Made by a program: the position numbers and the translations under genes. Positions 27,903 through 37,304 of a DNA stretch of 64,000 nucleotides are shown piece by piece. Source of the DNA: Candidatus Latescibacterota bacterium (GTDB taxonomy: Bacteria > Latescibacterota > UBA2968 > UBA8231). How positions within the stretch are numbered: the first letter of the stretch is position 1; each line of letters opens with the position of its first letter. The notes below the pieces were generated by a model. The model saw only the letters and a list, made by a program, of their open reading frames with translations. It was not told the origin of the DNA and searched no databases. The stretch is from assembly GCA_965217585.1 (NCBI GenBank), contig OZ244561.1:5760001-5824000 (forward strand). The letters are read 5' to 3'.

Positions 27903-28146
27903 GATCTAGTTCGCGTTTCAATACGTCGATATCCACCGCAAAGACATCCACTTGCTCACGAGCTAAAGCCATGAGGAAGTCAGTGCGATCCAGACCGGCT
28001 ATATGGGCGGCCTTTTCTTGCGAGATCACGCCTCGTTCATACCAGTGGATAGCCCCGGCCAAGCGCAGTTCAGCGACAAACTCCTCTGGCGAGCGACGCA
28101 AAGCGGAGAACACTTCATCCGGCAATTCTAAGGTGACTTTAGTCAT
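27895..28146 (-). CDS. UPF0175 family antitoxin
   Basis: E.RLA.AI..YE.G.ISQEKAA.IAGL.R.DF...L. Confidence 0.85.
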   Translation of the reverse strand: MTKVTLELPDEVFSALRRSPEEFVAELRLAGAIHWYERGVISQEKAAHIAGLDRTDFLMALAREQVDVFAVDIDVLKRELDRG

Positions 28147-28253
28147 AATCAACATCCTGCTTTATTATTCCGAAGACTTGTCTCCAGAAGGAAACAAGTC
28201 TTTTCCGACAAGATAGCAGTTTTCCTAAGATTCGACCAAATACAGACGGTCAT

Positions 28254-31200
28254 TTAGTTGGCTCTGTTGGAGGCTAGGCTCTTACACTCAGCCTGCAGTA
28301 TGAGCAGGCGCGCCCCGGCAAGTTCAGCGGCACGCTCGCTTTGTTGACCAGCAAGTGCATGATGGGCTGTCATACATAATGGCTCGCCGACAGCGTGTCC
28401 GGCCCTCGCCACTTCAAATTCACTTACAACCTGATTCCAAGTCTGGTCGAGGTAATCCTGCGCCCACGCGAAACCCTCCGAGCCGGTGCGCTCAGCCGCT
28501 TCAGCAACAATTTCACGATTGTGCTTAAAGGATTCAATTGACTTCGAGAATACGTCGCTTTCTTCTGAATGCAGATCTTCCAAATCGCGACATGCCATTA
28601 TTGCTGACAGTTGAACGCAAGCGGTGAAGGCCTCATCAAAGCTCTTGGCGATTTCCGATGAGAGGAAGGGAAGGTTGATATGCTCCCGCCATTCCTTTGC
28701 AAAATCTTGGTCAGGAAGCGGCATATGCGACGAAGGAAGAATTGCTAAAGACGCTAGAACTTGACCCTTTAAGACCGGGACAACTCTGAAACGCCAGTCG
28801 TTCCGAAAATGCTGTTGTCCGATAGCAATGCCATCTTCTAGATAGTGCGCATCCGTCTCAAAGTCAGCGATCTCCACAAGGACGGCGACTTCCCTTGCGG
28901 GCCAGTAGACGCTAGCGCTCTCGTCAACGAGCCGAGACCAACACTTGGCCTTCCATCCTCGCGAAATGAGCATGCGTTCTACGTCACGCAGTCTTGCGTG
29001 GAAGCGTTGTTCAGCAAGATTGCGGCAATGCCGTGCGGATGCGTGGATTGCCTTCCCCAGTTTGCCTTTCCGTGCAGCCTTCACTATCTGAATTAATGAC
29101 TGTCTATCATCATGCGCCATTTCGTGAAGTATGGAGGCAACGTTGTCCAAACGCTTAGCCAGGGCAGCAAGCTCACGTAGGGGCGGCTCTGACACTGTCC
29201 GCCATATAGCGGACTGCCCATGCTTCTGTGCCTGCGCCGCCAAGCTCCCAGCAAAAGTGGCTGCCCCTTTAGCTCCTTTTTCCCCGGGAATTTTGCTCAA
29301 TCTTCTTACAAGATTGCGGAGTATCCCGGTCAGCAGTGCGCCAAGAGTGTCGTCGTCGGTGCCCCCTTGCGCAGGAACCGTCATCTCAGGTGATGGCTTT
29401 TCAGGTGTAGCATAGATGAGCGCATCTACTGAACCGACAATCTCATTGATTTCAGCCGCCAGCATGTCTGCATTTGAGATCCTTTTCCCTTTTATCCATT
29501 TCTCGGTGAAAAACCGAAACACCTTCTCGGTACGCTTTACCAGCTCTGCCATCTGCCACGTATAGTCGGTCAGGCTGTAGCAAGCTGATCTGGCGAGAAA
29601 GATCTGGCGGAAAGCCACATTCCAAGCGACGCGAGCTTTTTCGGGGATGTTTCGCCTCGGCATGTTCTTGGACCAAGGCGCGAAATCACCGACCTTAATG
29701 AGTTGGCCTTGGGGATTCACCGCGTCCGATGCCGCTGCATCCGATGTCGGTGATATCGCAATCAAGGTCTCGCAGATATTGCAGATGGTCTCATGTGGGT
29801 CCAGTTGGTCTTGTTCCACCACGTGAAACCAGTTCGAACGGACTGTGCGGCCGTGAATTCCGTCCAAGTCAATGACCGGCGGTGTAACCCACGGTGTTTG
29901 AGACCGAAACCAGTCAAACAGAACCTGCTCACCTCCCAAGGCCTCCACTAGGTTTTTAGCCACATCGGGGCCGATCAGGTAAGCCGTAGACAGCACAGCC
30001 GCAACCTGACGGATATCCTGTTCACCACTGCCAACGAAGTCAGGCACCAGAGTTATCCGTACGGGTTCACCCCCGCATATCGATGCTAGGCAAGAGAGAA
30101 ATTTGTTGGCCTGTTGGAAACTATCGATAGGAGGCACCGTGCTTCCCTCCGGAAGCTGCTCCAAGCAGGCAAGCCGCAGGTCGAACTCTGGCAAGGCACG
30201 GAAATCGAGAATGGCGTTTCGCAGGCTTTGCCACTGCTCAAACTCGGTCAGCTCTGGGATATCGATATCCGGGTCGATAAACATCGAAGCAAGTGACCAC
30301 TGAGCACGCTGCAAACCGTGCTGCTCAAGAATCTTCATGAACGAGGCAACACCACGTTCCAGTGTAGCGAGTCCCAATCCGGTTAGGATTGACGCCCATA
30401 CATCGATGCAGCGGCTGGAACCGAGCGTTTCCGCGAGATTGCGCAAAGCTGTCGTCTCGTCTTCATCGCTCGCCTCCTCTATGATCGATTGAACGATACT
30501 TGGTAGCGTCTCGTCCGTTGCAGCCGGAAGGCTGCGCCACAATGAATCTGTGGTCAGAAACACTGTCTCATCATGCGATACTTTGCTGAGTGCTTCCGAG
30601 CGCAGCACGTGCAGCCCACCGAGCACACCCGGACGGCTTTCTCTCACAAGATGTTCGTCGATCAGCCTTTGCAGCGCACGACTAGCGATATTCGGTTCTA
30701 GGTCGAGGAATTCGAATAGCTTGCTCGCCTGAACCTCTCCGCCGCGGGCACAGAGCACGGCGGTGCTTCTGATTATTGCCAGCTCTTCGTGACGGTCTTC
30801 TTGCTGCCGTTGTCGAACCTGTTCGTAGATAACGGCAGCAAGCCGCTTGCCCTGTGTTAGTAGGTGAACATATTCGAGCATTAGGCATTCAGATTGCTCG
30901 AACGGTTCTCGCCAGTGTTCCCAACTTGTCTGTTTTTCGGCATACAGCTTCTGCCAGACAGTCTCGGCCAACTCTTCATCGAGGCGCACGGCTATGAATT
31001 CCGTGTCTGACCGATTGGCAATGAGAGTCTCATCCTCATTGCGCACAGAGCCGAGAAAATAGACAGAGGGCAATCCCCTCAGTTCTCGGACGAGCACATT
31101 CCACAAGTCGCTGTTCGCTGAACCGACTTCATCGAACACCAAACCGATCCGAGACGTCTCGGTTGGGCGGCGCGCCCGTACAAACCGAATGATGGCATCA

Positions 31201-32108
31201 GCGTCGGCTACAGCGGCCCGCGCTGTAATCTGGTACCATCTGAGTTCGCCAGCGAGTAGACTTGCCGACAGCCACATCAGTGCGGATTTTCCGGCACCCG
31301 ACGGACCCGATACGAGTACATTCCTCCGCCACTTGAGTGTGCAGACAAGCTTATTCGTATCGTCAGGGCGGTCCAGCACAAGCCCGGCAGCAACGTGACC
31401 CGGCTTGACTTTCACACCTTGATAAAAACCCGGTTCGCTGACTGGGGTGGTAAAATCAACCGGCTCCAGACTGCCGGAAGCAACGGCACTTTCTATCGCA
31501 GAAGGGTCTTCCGCCTCCAGACGTTCAAAGATGCGGTGCTCGACCTCGGTCGTGGATATCCTCCACCTTTTCTCGAAGGGTAAAGATGCATTCGCCTCTG
31601 AAGCATCAGCGACCAAGCTATGCAGATCGCTCACAATGCCTTCGGCGATAACCTTCGCCGTATTCAGTTGCGCCGAGATTAGGCTGACACTTTCGTCTCT
31701 CGGCTCTGTGCACACGAGTACGTTCTGGGCCCCGTCCTCAAAAAGCTGACCAATGCCAACCTCATCGATGCCGGGTCTCGGCTGCTCAAGAACAACGGCA
31801 ACCCGAGTATCCTTCACTCGTCCGACCTCTGTGGCCTTGTGCTTTGCAACTTCTAGAATTTTCTGAACTTCTGTATCGCTGAACGTGCCGTCCCTGCGCG
31901 ATTTAATCTGAAGCCAGATATCGCGGCCGGTGAGTTCAAGGACGCAATCTTCGAGCCCTTCGGGCACAAGAAAGCCGGACGGGGCAAACCCGGCCCACTG
32001 ACGAAGAAGAATCAGGGTTGAAAGCTTTTGCTGATAATGGAAGCCACGCGCAGCCCAAGCCCCTGAACGCGACCTCCTCCAAGCAATATCGTGTTCGGTT
32101 TCGTTCAT
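28254..32108 (-). CDS. 1284-aa protein: Cap4/DUF4297-like PD-(D/E)XK nuclease, STAND-like P-loop NTPase and long C-terminal region; candidate antiviral protein
   Basis: N-terminal G..A..GFHYQ, EGLED and LQIKS. Walker A GPSGAGKS, Walker B LVFDE. GC lower than the backbone. Confidence 0.7.
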   Translation of the reverse strand: MNETEHDIAWRRSRSGAWAARGFHYQQKLSTLILLRQWAGFAPSGFLVPEGLEDCVLELTGRDIWLQIKSRRDGTFSDTEVQKILEVAKHKATEVGRVKDTRVAVVLEQPRPGIDEVGIGQLFEDGAQNVLVCTEPRDESVSLISAQLNTAKVIAEGIVSDLHSLVADASEANASLPFEKRWRISTTEVEHRIFERLEAEDPSAIESAVASGSLEPVDFTTPVSEPGFYQGVKVKPGHVAAGLVLDRPDDTNKLVCTLKWRRNVLVSGPSGAGKSALMWLSASLLAGELRWYQITARAAVADADAIIRFVRARRPTETSRIGLVFDEVGSANSDLWNVLVRELRGLPSVYFLGSVRNEDETLIANRSDTEFIAVRLDEELAETVWQKLYAEKQTSWEHWREPFEQSECLMLEYVHLLTQGKRLAAVIYEQVRQRQQEDRHEELAIIRSTAVLCARGGEVQASKLFEFLDLEPNIASRALQRLIDEHLVRESRPGVLGGLHVLRSEALSKVSHDETVFLTTDSLWRSLPAATDETLPSIVQSIIEEASDEDETTALRNLAETLGSSRCIDVWASILTGLGLATLERGVASFMKILEQHGLQRAQWSLASMFIDPDIDIPELTEFEQWQSLRNAILDFRALPEFDLRLACLEQLPEGSTVPPIDSFQQANKFLSCLASICGGEPVRITLVPDFVGSGEQDIRQVAAVLSTAYLIGPDVAKNLVEALGGEQVLFDWFRSQTPWVTPPVIDLDGIHGRTVRSNWFHVVEQDQLDPHETICNICETLIAISPTSDAAASDAVNPQGQLIKVGDFAPWSKNMPRRNIPEKARVAWNVAFRQIFLARSACYSLTDYTWQMAELVKRTEKVFRFFTEKWIKGKRISNADMLAAEINEIVGSVDALIYATPEKPSPEMTVPAQGGTDDDTLGALLTGILRNLVRRLSKIPGEKGAKGAATFAGSLAAQAQKHGQSAIWRTVSEPPLRELAALAKRLDNVASILHEMAHDDRQSLIQIVKAARKGKLGKAIHASARHCRNLAEQRFHARLRDVERMLISRGWKAKCWSRLVDESASVYWPAREVAVLVEIADFETDAHYLEDGIAIGQQHFRNDWRFRVVPVLKGQVLASLAILPSSHMPLPDQDFAKEWREHINLPFLSSEIAKSFDEAFTACVQLSAIMACRDLEDLHSEESDVFSKSIESFKHNREIVAEAAERTGSEGFAWAQDYLDQTWNQVVSEFEVARAGHAVGEPLCMTAHHALAGQQSERAAELAGARLLILQAECKSLASNRAN

Positions 32109-32252
32109 CGAAGGTGTTACATCTCAATATTACTGGTTTGCTCGTAAGGCAGAATCTTCAAATCTCGTTAATCGTTACGGCGGTGCCCTGACCACGAAGA
32201 TGAGACCTGAGCCGTTCCTCGGAGTACAACCGAAAATCAAGCTCTCGGTTTC

Positions 32253-33059
32253 TTATACCGCATCCAACGTCGGCGCATTGTCCTGACAGTGGACCGGTCG
32301 GAAGAGCGTCTGTCGTTTAAACGGCATCTTTTCGAGGTGCTGCGGATGTGGCTCCCAACTATGCCACTTGTTTCCAACGGTATTGTAGCAATTGAAAATG
32401 GCGATCCGATCGACAGTTTCGTCGGTCCACTTGGCACCGGTATGGGTGATCGCCTCCGTGAAGATAAGCACGGAGCCAGCGGGACAGGTGTAATCCTCCC
32501 ACAACGAGGAGTTGCGATCCTCCGTTGACTTGGGAGCGGGAAACGCCCCTTTATGGCTACCGGTGAGGAACATGGTTCCACCGCAACCTTTTTGCACCGG
32601 GTTGAGTTCCCAGACCACGCGCGTCAACCCGCTGTGTGCCTTGTCGTAGTGCAGATGATAGGTATGCGAGTTGCCGGGAAAGTTGAGCATCCCACGGCCA
32701 CCGTGTGGTCGGAAAGCGTCGTGCCCGTTCGCACGAATGGTTAGAAACGTGCCTTCCAGCCGAAATCCATAACAGTTTTCGTTCGCGTAGGCCGAGGCCA
32801 AAAATTCGTGCATGAATCCGCAGACAACAGGATGATCGGTTAGACTCTCTAAGGGACCGCCGATGGAATAGCGATGGTGTTCGGGAATTGACGCCGGTTC
32901 CTGTTTGAGCTGGTAGCAGAACTCGCGCATCTCTTGAATCTCTGACTCACTGAGTACGCTAGGGATCAGAAGCCACCCGTGGGTATCAAAGAGATAGCGT
33001 TGTTCTTCCGTAAGTGGGATCGGTGATAGATTATCAGCATTCGTTGTAGGATTCAGCAT
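32253..33059 (-). CDS. phytanoyl-CoA dioxygenase (PhyH)-like Fe/2OG enzyme, HxG variant
   Basis: Motifs EQRYLFD..GWL.IP.VLS, PHGG, GGT.F..GSHK and GS..IFTEAITH. Confidence 0.82.
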   Translation of the reverse strand: MLNPTTNADNLSPIPLTEEQRYLFDTHGWLLIPSVLSESEIQEMREFCYQLKQEPASIPEHHRYSIGGPLESLTDHPVVCGFMHEFLASAYANENCYGFRLEGTFLTIRANGHDAFRPHGGRGMLNFPGNSHTYHLHYDKAHSGLTRVVWELNPVQKGCGGTMFLTGSHKGAFPAPKSTEDRNSSLWEDYTCPAGSVLIFTEAITHTGAKWTDETVDRIAIFNCYNTVGNKWHSWEPHPQHLEKMPFKRQTLFRPVHCQDNAPTLDAV

Positions 33060-33077
33060 AACTTTCTTCCTCTTTTG

Positions 33078-33852
33078 GGCGTTGTTGCATGGAAAAACCG
33101 TTAGGGTCTTGAAATGCGGCAGGCTCTCCAGTTAGATTGGTTCGTGGTTTCCTACAAGAAACGCGTTCCTCTCTTCCCAAAGAGCCTGTGATGAGCAAAG
33201 TATCTGGCGGTTCGTGCTCGGTCAAGTCGAAAACGGTGTATCGGGTCCAGAATTGGTCGTCGTATAATCGGGCGTTGGTCCCCCTGCGTACGCAGGGGCT
33301 GACGGTCTGGCTGGACGATTCTTTGTGGAGGCGGTGGTATGCTCAGGGGCCGTCCCAACGGGGTGCTCAGTTTGTGTATTCGAACCCAGCGCAGGCATAA
33401 ACCGAGGCACTTGGTGATGGATTCGACGGGCTTTTAAGTCTATGGTGAGGGCGAGTGGAAAGTCCGCCAACAGGGCTGGACGAAACGGCGGACTTGGCGC
33501 AAACTGCATGTGGGGGTCCATGAGGCCACCGGCGAGGTGGTCGCCCAGACGTTGACGTCCAATCGTATCGATGATGCCTCGCAGGTCACCCCCCTGTTGG
33601 CCCAAGTCGACGAGGCGATGGCGGCGGTAGGGGGGGACGGAAACGCAGCTCTATCGCTATAAGCAACTCATCGGCGACCAGTTGAAGGCGCGTAGCTGGG
33701 CGAACCAACAGGTCGAAAGTCGCTTGGGCGGTGCGATCCTCAATCGAATGATCCATGTGGGCAAACCCGAGTCGTATGGGGTAGAAAAAATCAACTGACA
33801 AAGAAGCAACATTCAAGAACGATACCTGCGATATGATTCATGCAACAACGCC
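33078..33852 (+). mobile_element. IS5-family (IS903 group) element, internally deleted and frameshifted
   Basis: 14-bp TIRs GGCGTTGTTGCATG (33078) and CATGCAACAACGCC (ends 33852). Transposase fragments YRVQNWSSYNRAL, DSTG.KVYGEGEWK, RRTWRKLH and LNRM..VGKPESY lie in different frames. Confidence 0.88.
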
Positions 33853-33977
33853 GGGGGGAGATGCCGGAGGCATTTGCAGCGAAAGCGTGGAGTGAGATAG
33901 TCGCCAGAAAAGCGCGAGTTTGGATTCTGAAGTGATGCAACGCTGAACTCACTTCAACAAAGGTAGTGGGCTAAACA

Positions 33978-34280
33978 ATGATTTTAGAAGTTGCAATACT
34001 GGACGTTAAGTCCGGCCATGAGAAAGAGTTTGAAGCTGCTTTTGGCGAGGCGCAAGAGATTATATCAAGTATGGATGGCTACGTTTCCCATCAGCTACAG
34101 AAGTGTATTGAAATAGGCAATCGCTACATTCTTCTGGTAAATTGGCAAACGCTTGAAGATCATACTATTGGCTTCAGAGAGTCCGAACAGTACCAAGAAT
34201 GGCGTAGGCTGCTGCATCACTTTTACGATCCATTTCCCGAAGTGGAACACTATACGAGCGTTGACGGTGGTGACCTATGA
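33978..34280 (+). CDS. antibiotic biosynthesis monooxygenase (ABM) family protein
   Basis: MILEVA.L.V..G.E.EFE.AF..A..II....GY.SH.L..C.E..NRY.LLV.W.TLEDHT.GFR.S. Confidence 0.88.
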   Translation: MILEVAILDVKSGHEKEFEAAFGEAQEIISSMDGYVSHQLQKCIEIGNRYILLVNWQTLEDHTIGFRESEQYQEWRRLLHHFYDPFPEVEHYTSVDGGDL

Positions 34281-34693
34281 CTGGTGCAGTGATTTCCTAC
34301 AGCGACATACGAGATATTTCGCTGGAAGCCATACGGGAACTGTATGTATCCAATGATTGGTCAGCGGCCAAAAAACCGACTGCGCTTCGCAACGGCCTAC
34401 TAAACTCACATTCGCTATGGACTGCTTGGGATGGCGATCGTTTGATCGGATTAGGCAATGCGATCTCTGACGGTCATTTAGTTGTGTATTATCCCCATTT
34501 GCTCGTTCATCCAGACTATCAAAGACGGAGAATTGGATCGACATTGATGAGAAGACTCATGTCGATGTATGAAGGTTTTCATCAGCATATACTGGTTGCA
34601 GACGGCGAGGCGATCGACTTCTACAATAAGATTGGTTTTGAACGGGCTGGTAAGACTCAATCGATGTGGATTTACTCGGGCGATGATCACTAG
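34277..34693 (+). CDS. GNAT family N-acetyltransferase
   Basis: ATGA overlap. Motifs LLVHPDYQRRRIGS.LM and FY.K.GF. Confidence 0.88.
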   Translation: MTGAVISYSDIRDISLEAIRELYVSNDWSAAKKPTALRNGLLNSHSLWTAWDGDRLIGLGNAISDGHLVVYYPHLLVHPDYQRRRIGSTLMRRLMSMYEGFHQHILVADGEAIDFYNKIGFERAGKTQSMWIYSGDDH

Positions 34694-34703
34694 CTATCGT
34701 GTA

Positions 34704-35576
34704 CTATATCAGATTACCTTCGACGTGGACGGGCCGGAAGAGTGTGCGGCGCTTGGGCGGCATGGCTTCGAGCGCCTCGGGGTGGGGCTGCCACTTGTGC
34801 CATTTGCTATCGACGTAATTGTAGCGGCTGAAGATGGCGCAGCGCTCGTGCTTGGTGCTGCCCCACGGGGAAGCGGTGTGGGTGGTGCTCTCTGCGAAAA
34901 TGAGCAGGGAGCCGGCCGGACACGTGTATTGGGTCCAAAGGTCCGAATCGAGCCTCTGGGCTCCGTCGGGCAGGGGGAAGGCGGCCTTGTGGCTGCCGCT
35001 GATGAGCAGGGTGCCGCCGCCACTGGCCTCGACCTCGTTCAATTCCCACACTACGCAGGTCAAGCTGCTGCGCGCCTTGCCGGGCACGCAGCGGTAGTTG
35101 TGCCCGTCGCCGGGTAGGCGCCACAGGCCATTGCCGTTGTGGGGTGCAAAGCCCCCTTCCCCGGTTTGGCGCATACTTAGGCTGGTCGATTCCATGCGAA
35201 AACCGTAGCAGTCCTGGCTCGACAGGTCGGGATGGGCGAGGAATTCGTTCATAAAACCGACGATAAAGGGGTGGTCGATCAGTTCTTCCAAAGGGCCGCC
35301 AATAGGGCTACGCTGTGGCTCCGGTAGCGATTCAGGTTCCTGGTGCAAGCGGTAGCAAAAGGCCCGCATCTCCTCCACTTCGTCTTCGCTAAGTAGACCG
35401 GGTATCAATAGCCAACCTTGGGTATCGAACAAGTACCTTTGTTCCGGCGTCGGATCAATTACCGGCTTGCCAACGGCGTTGGTCCGGGGTAGGTCAACCG
35501 CGTCTATATCGACGTAGCCGACGCGACTCTGTTGAAAGAGGAGGGGCTTGGCGGTGCTGGGATCAAATGCGGACAT
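34704..35576 (-). CDS. PhyH-like Fe/2OG enzyme, HxG variant
   Basis: Paralog of 32253-33059. Motifs PHNG, GGT...GSHK and IFAESTTH. Confidence 0.82.
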   Translation of the reverse strand: MSAFDPSTAKPLLFQQSRVGYVDIDAVDLPRTNAVGKPVIDPTPEQRYLFDTQGWLLIPGLLSEDEVEEMRAFCYRLHQEPESLPEPQRSPIGGPLEELIDHPFIVGFMNEFLAHPDLSSQDCYGFRMESTSLSMRQTGEGGFAPHNGNGLWRLPGDGHNYRCVPGKARSSLTCVVWELNEVEASGGGTLLISGSHKAAFPLPDGAQRLDSDLWTQYTCPAGSLLIFAESTTHTASPWGSTKHERCAIFSRYNYVDSKWHKWQPHPEALEAMPPKRRTLFRPVHVEGNLI

Positions 35577-35664
35577 GGCTATTCCTTTCTCGGCTTTGGC
35601 TGGTTGGCCCAGCGAAGATAAGGCAATGAGGTTAGCGGCGCACAGACAGGGACGGAATGCTGCG

Positions 35665-36483
35665 TCAGCTAGCGGCGATCACCTGGCGCAAATGGGCCAC
35701 GGCCAAGCGCATGCATTCCTCGTGGCTGCAACGGTTGAACTCGCCTAGTTCAAAGACCAAGCCGATAGTGCCGTTGAAATCCACCCCGCGCAGAATTTCT
35801 AACACGCGCCTGTAGTCGATAAACTCCTCAACGCCGCTGTCGATCTTATAGATCTTGGCCCGCACGTACGTGGCAAAGGGTGCGGTCGGTTCCAGATAGT
35901 CTTTGTACAAATCGACGTTCGGATCGAACTCGCCGCGCGGATGCGAGCCAATGGCCCCCAGCCACTGCCCGGTATCCAACAGAAAGCTGAAATTGTCGCG
36001 CTCGGTCTCGCGCAGGATGCGCAACACTTGGTCCGCAGTCATGGCGAAACTGCCGTTGTCGTGGTTCTGCAAGGCGATCATGACCCCGCGTTGGGCTGCG
36101 TAGTCGGCAAGCGCTTGGAAATCCTCGATCATCGGACGCCACAGGGCCTCTTGTTCTTCGACGGTGTTCGGCCACTTGTGGCGCGCGAAAACGCGCAGCA
36201 CCTGCGCTCCTAGCAAAGCTGCGGTATCGACGTCGGCACGGCCCTGCTGCAAACGCGTGGCACGCTCCTCGGGCAGCCCCACAAAGCTGCCGGCTCCAGC
36301 ATAGCCGATGTTCAAACCGCGTTTGAGACAGAGGCTCTTGATGCGGTTGATATACTTGACGCTGCGGTCCATGCCCGACAAATGGAAATCGACGCCGTCT
36401 AGCTGGAAAAGGCGGGCTTGTTCGACGACCTGCTCAAGGGTGGTAGTGGGCGTCTGCCGGGCCATCGTGCTCAATTTGATCAC
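35665..36483 (-). CDS. sugar phosphate isomerase/epimerase (xylose-isomerase-like TIM barrel)
   Basis: Motifs A..LGA..LRVF, ALQNHD, LLDTG and L....F.G.IGLVFE. Confidence 0.75.
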   Translation of the reverse strand: MIKLSTMARQTPTTTLEQVVEQARLFQLDGVDFHLSGMDRSVKYINRIKSLCLKRGLNIGYAGAGSFVGLPEERATRLQQGRADVDTAALLGAQVLRVFARHKWPNTVEEQEALWRPMIEDFQALADYAAQRGVMIALQNHDNGSFAMTADQVLRILRETERDNFSFLLDTGQWLGAIGSHPRGEFDPNVDLYKDYLEPTAPFATYVRAKIYKIDSGVEEFIDYRRVLEILRGVDFNGTIGLVFELGEFNRCSHEECMRLAVAHLRQVIAAS

Positions 36484-36486
36484 AGC

Positions 36487-37173
36487 TTATTCCTCCTCGG
36501 GCCGCCAGTCTGATTTATCCTGCGGATAGTAGCCAATGGCGCGCCGCCCGTGGTCGAGGTCGTAGCGCGGCCAAGTGCTGTCCGACACTCCGTACACGAT
36601 CTCATAGCGCACCCCGGGGTGTACCACGGCCTGCTCAAAGACCCGCACGGCATCGCCGTGGCTGAGATGGTGCGGGTGCTCGGGCTGATCGCGCTTGAGG
36701 CTGAAATTGCCTATGCGCACTGCGACGAACTCCAGGCCGTGCCTCTCGGAGTAGGAATAGCCCATGTGCTCGCCGAATAGCTTGCTGACCGTATAGTGGC
36801 CCACTGGCTGGGGGCGCATATCAATGTGGCGCATAACGTGCTCGGGCCGGGGTCCGTGTACCCCGGCGCGACTGGCGTACGCCACCCGGCGCACTCCTTG
36901 GATGCGGGCAGCCTCCAACATATTGTACGTGCCGATAAAATTGCTGGACAGGGCCTTTTCCCACTCGCTATCGACGCCCGTCAAATGGATGATGGCCTCC
37001 ATGCCCTCGGCGGCTGCCAACAAAGCCTCGCAATCGGCCACATCGCCCACCCGGCTGTCTGCTAGGTCGGGCATTTCCACGCGGTCAAAACCGCGCAATT
37101 GGTGGCGCTGTCCCATCCCCTTGACCAGAGTGGAGCCGACCTGTCCGGCGGCACCGGTAATGAGTATTTTCAT
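36487..37173 (-). CDS. NAD-dependent epimerase/dehydratase (uronate dehydrogenase-like)
   Basis: Motifs MKILITGAAGQVG, N..GTYN.LEAA, Y..SK.FGE and RIG. Confidence 0.85.
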   Translation of the reverse strand: MKILITGAAGQVGSTLVKGMGQRHQLRGFDRVEMPDLADSRVGDVADCEALLAAAEGMEAIIHLTGVDSEWEKALSSNFIGTYNMLEAARIQGVRRVAYASRAGVHGPRPEHVMRHIDMRPQPVGHYTVSKLFGEHMGYSYSERHGLEFVAVRIGNFSLKRDQPEHPHHLSHGDAVRVFEQAVVHPGVRYEIVYGVSDSTWPRYDLDHGRRAIGYYPQDKSDWRPEEE

Positions 37174-37304
37174 GGCTTCCTCTTCTGTTGTTGCGCTGTT
37201 TGACGAGCATTTGGGCCTTTCATACACTCAAATCCAAGCCCTTGAAACAAAATAATTCCTCCTAATCATTCCTCCTAATAAAAAAGAAGACTTTGAGTCC
37301 TCTT

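Noticed and set aside
33853-34703. ABM and GNAT low-GC pair as integron cassettes
   Set aside because: No attC-like R''/R' boxes with an internal palindrome were found, and there is no integron integrase.
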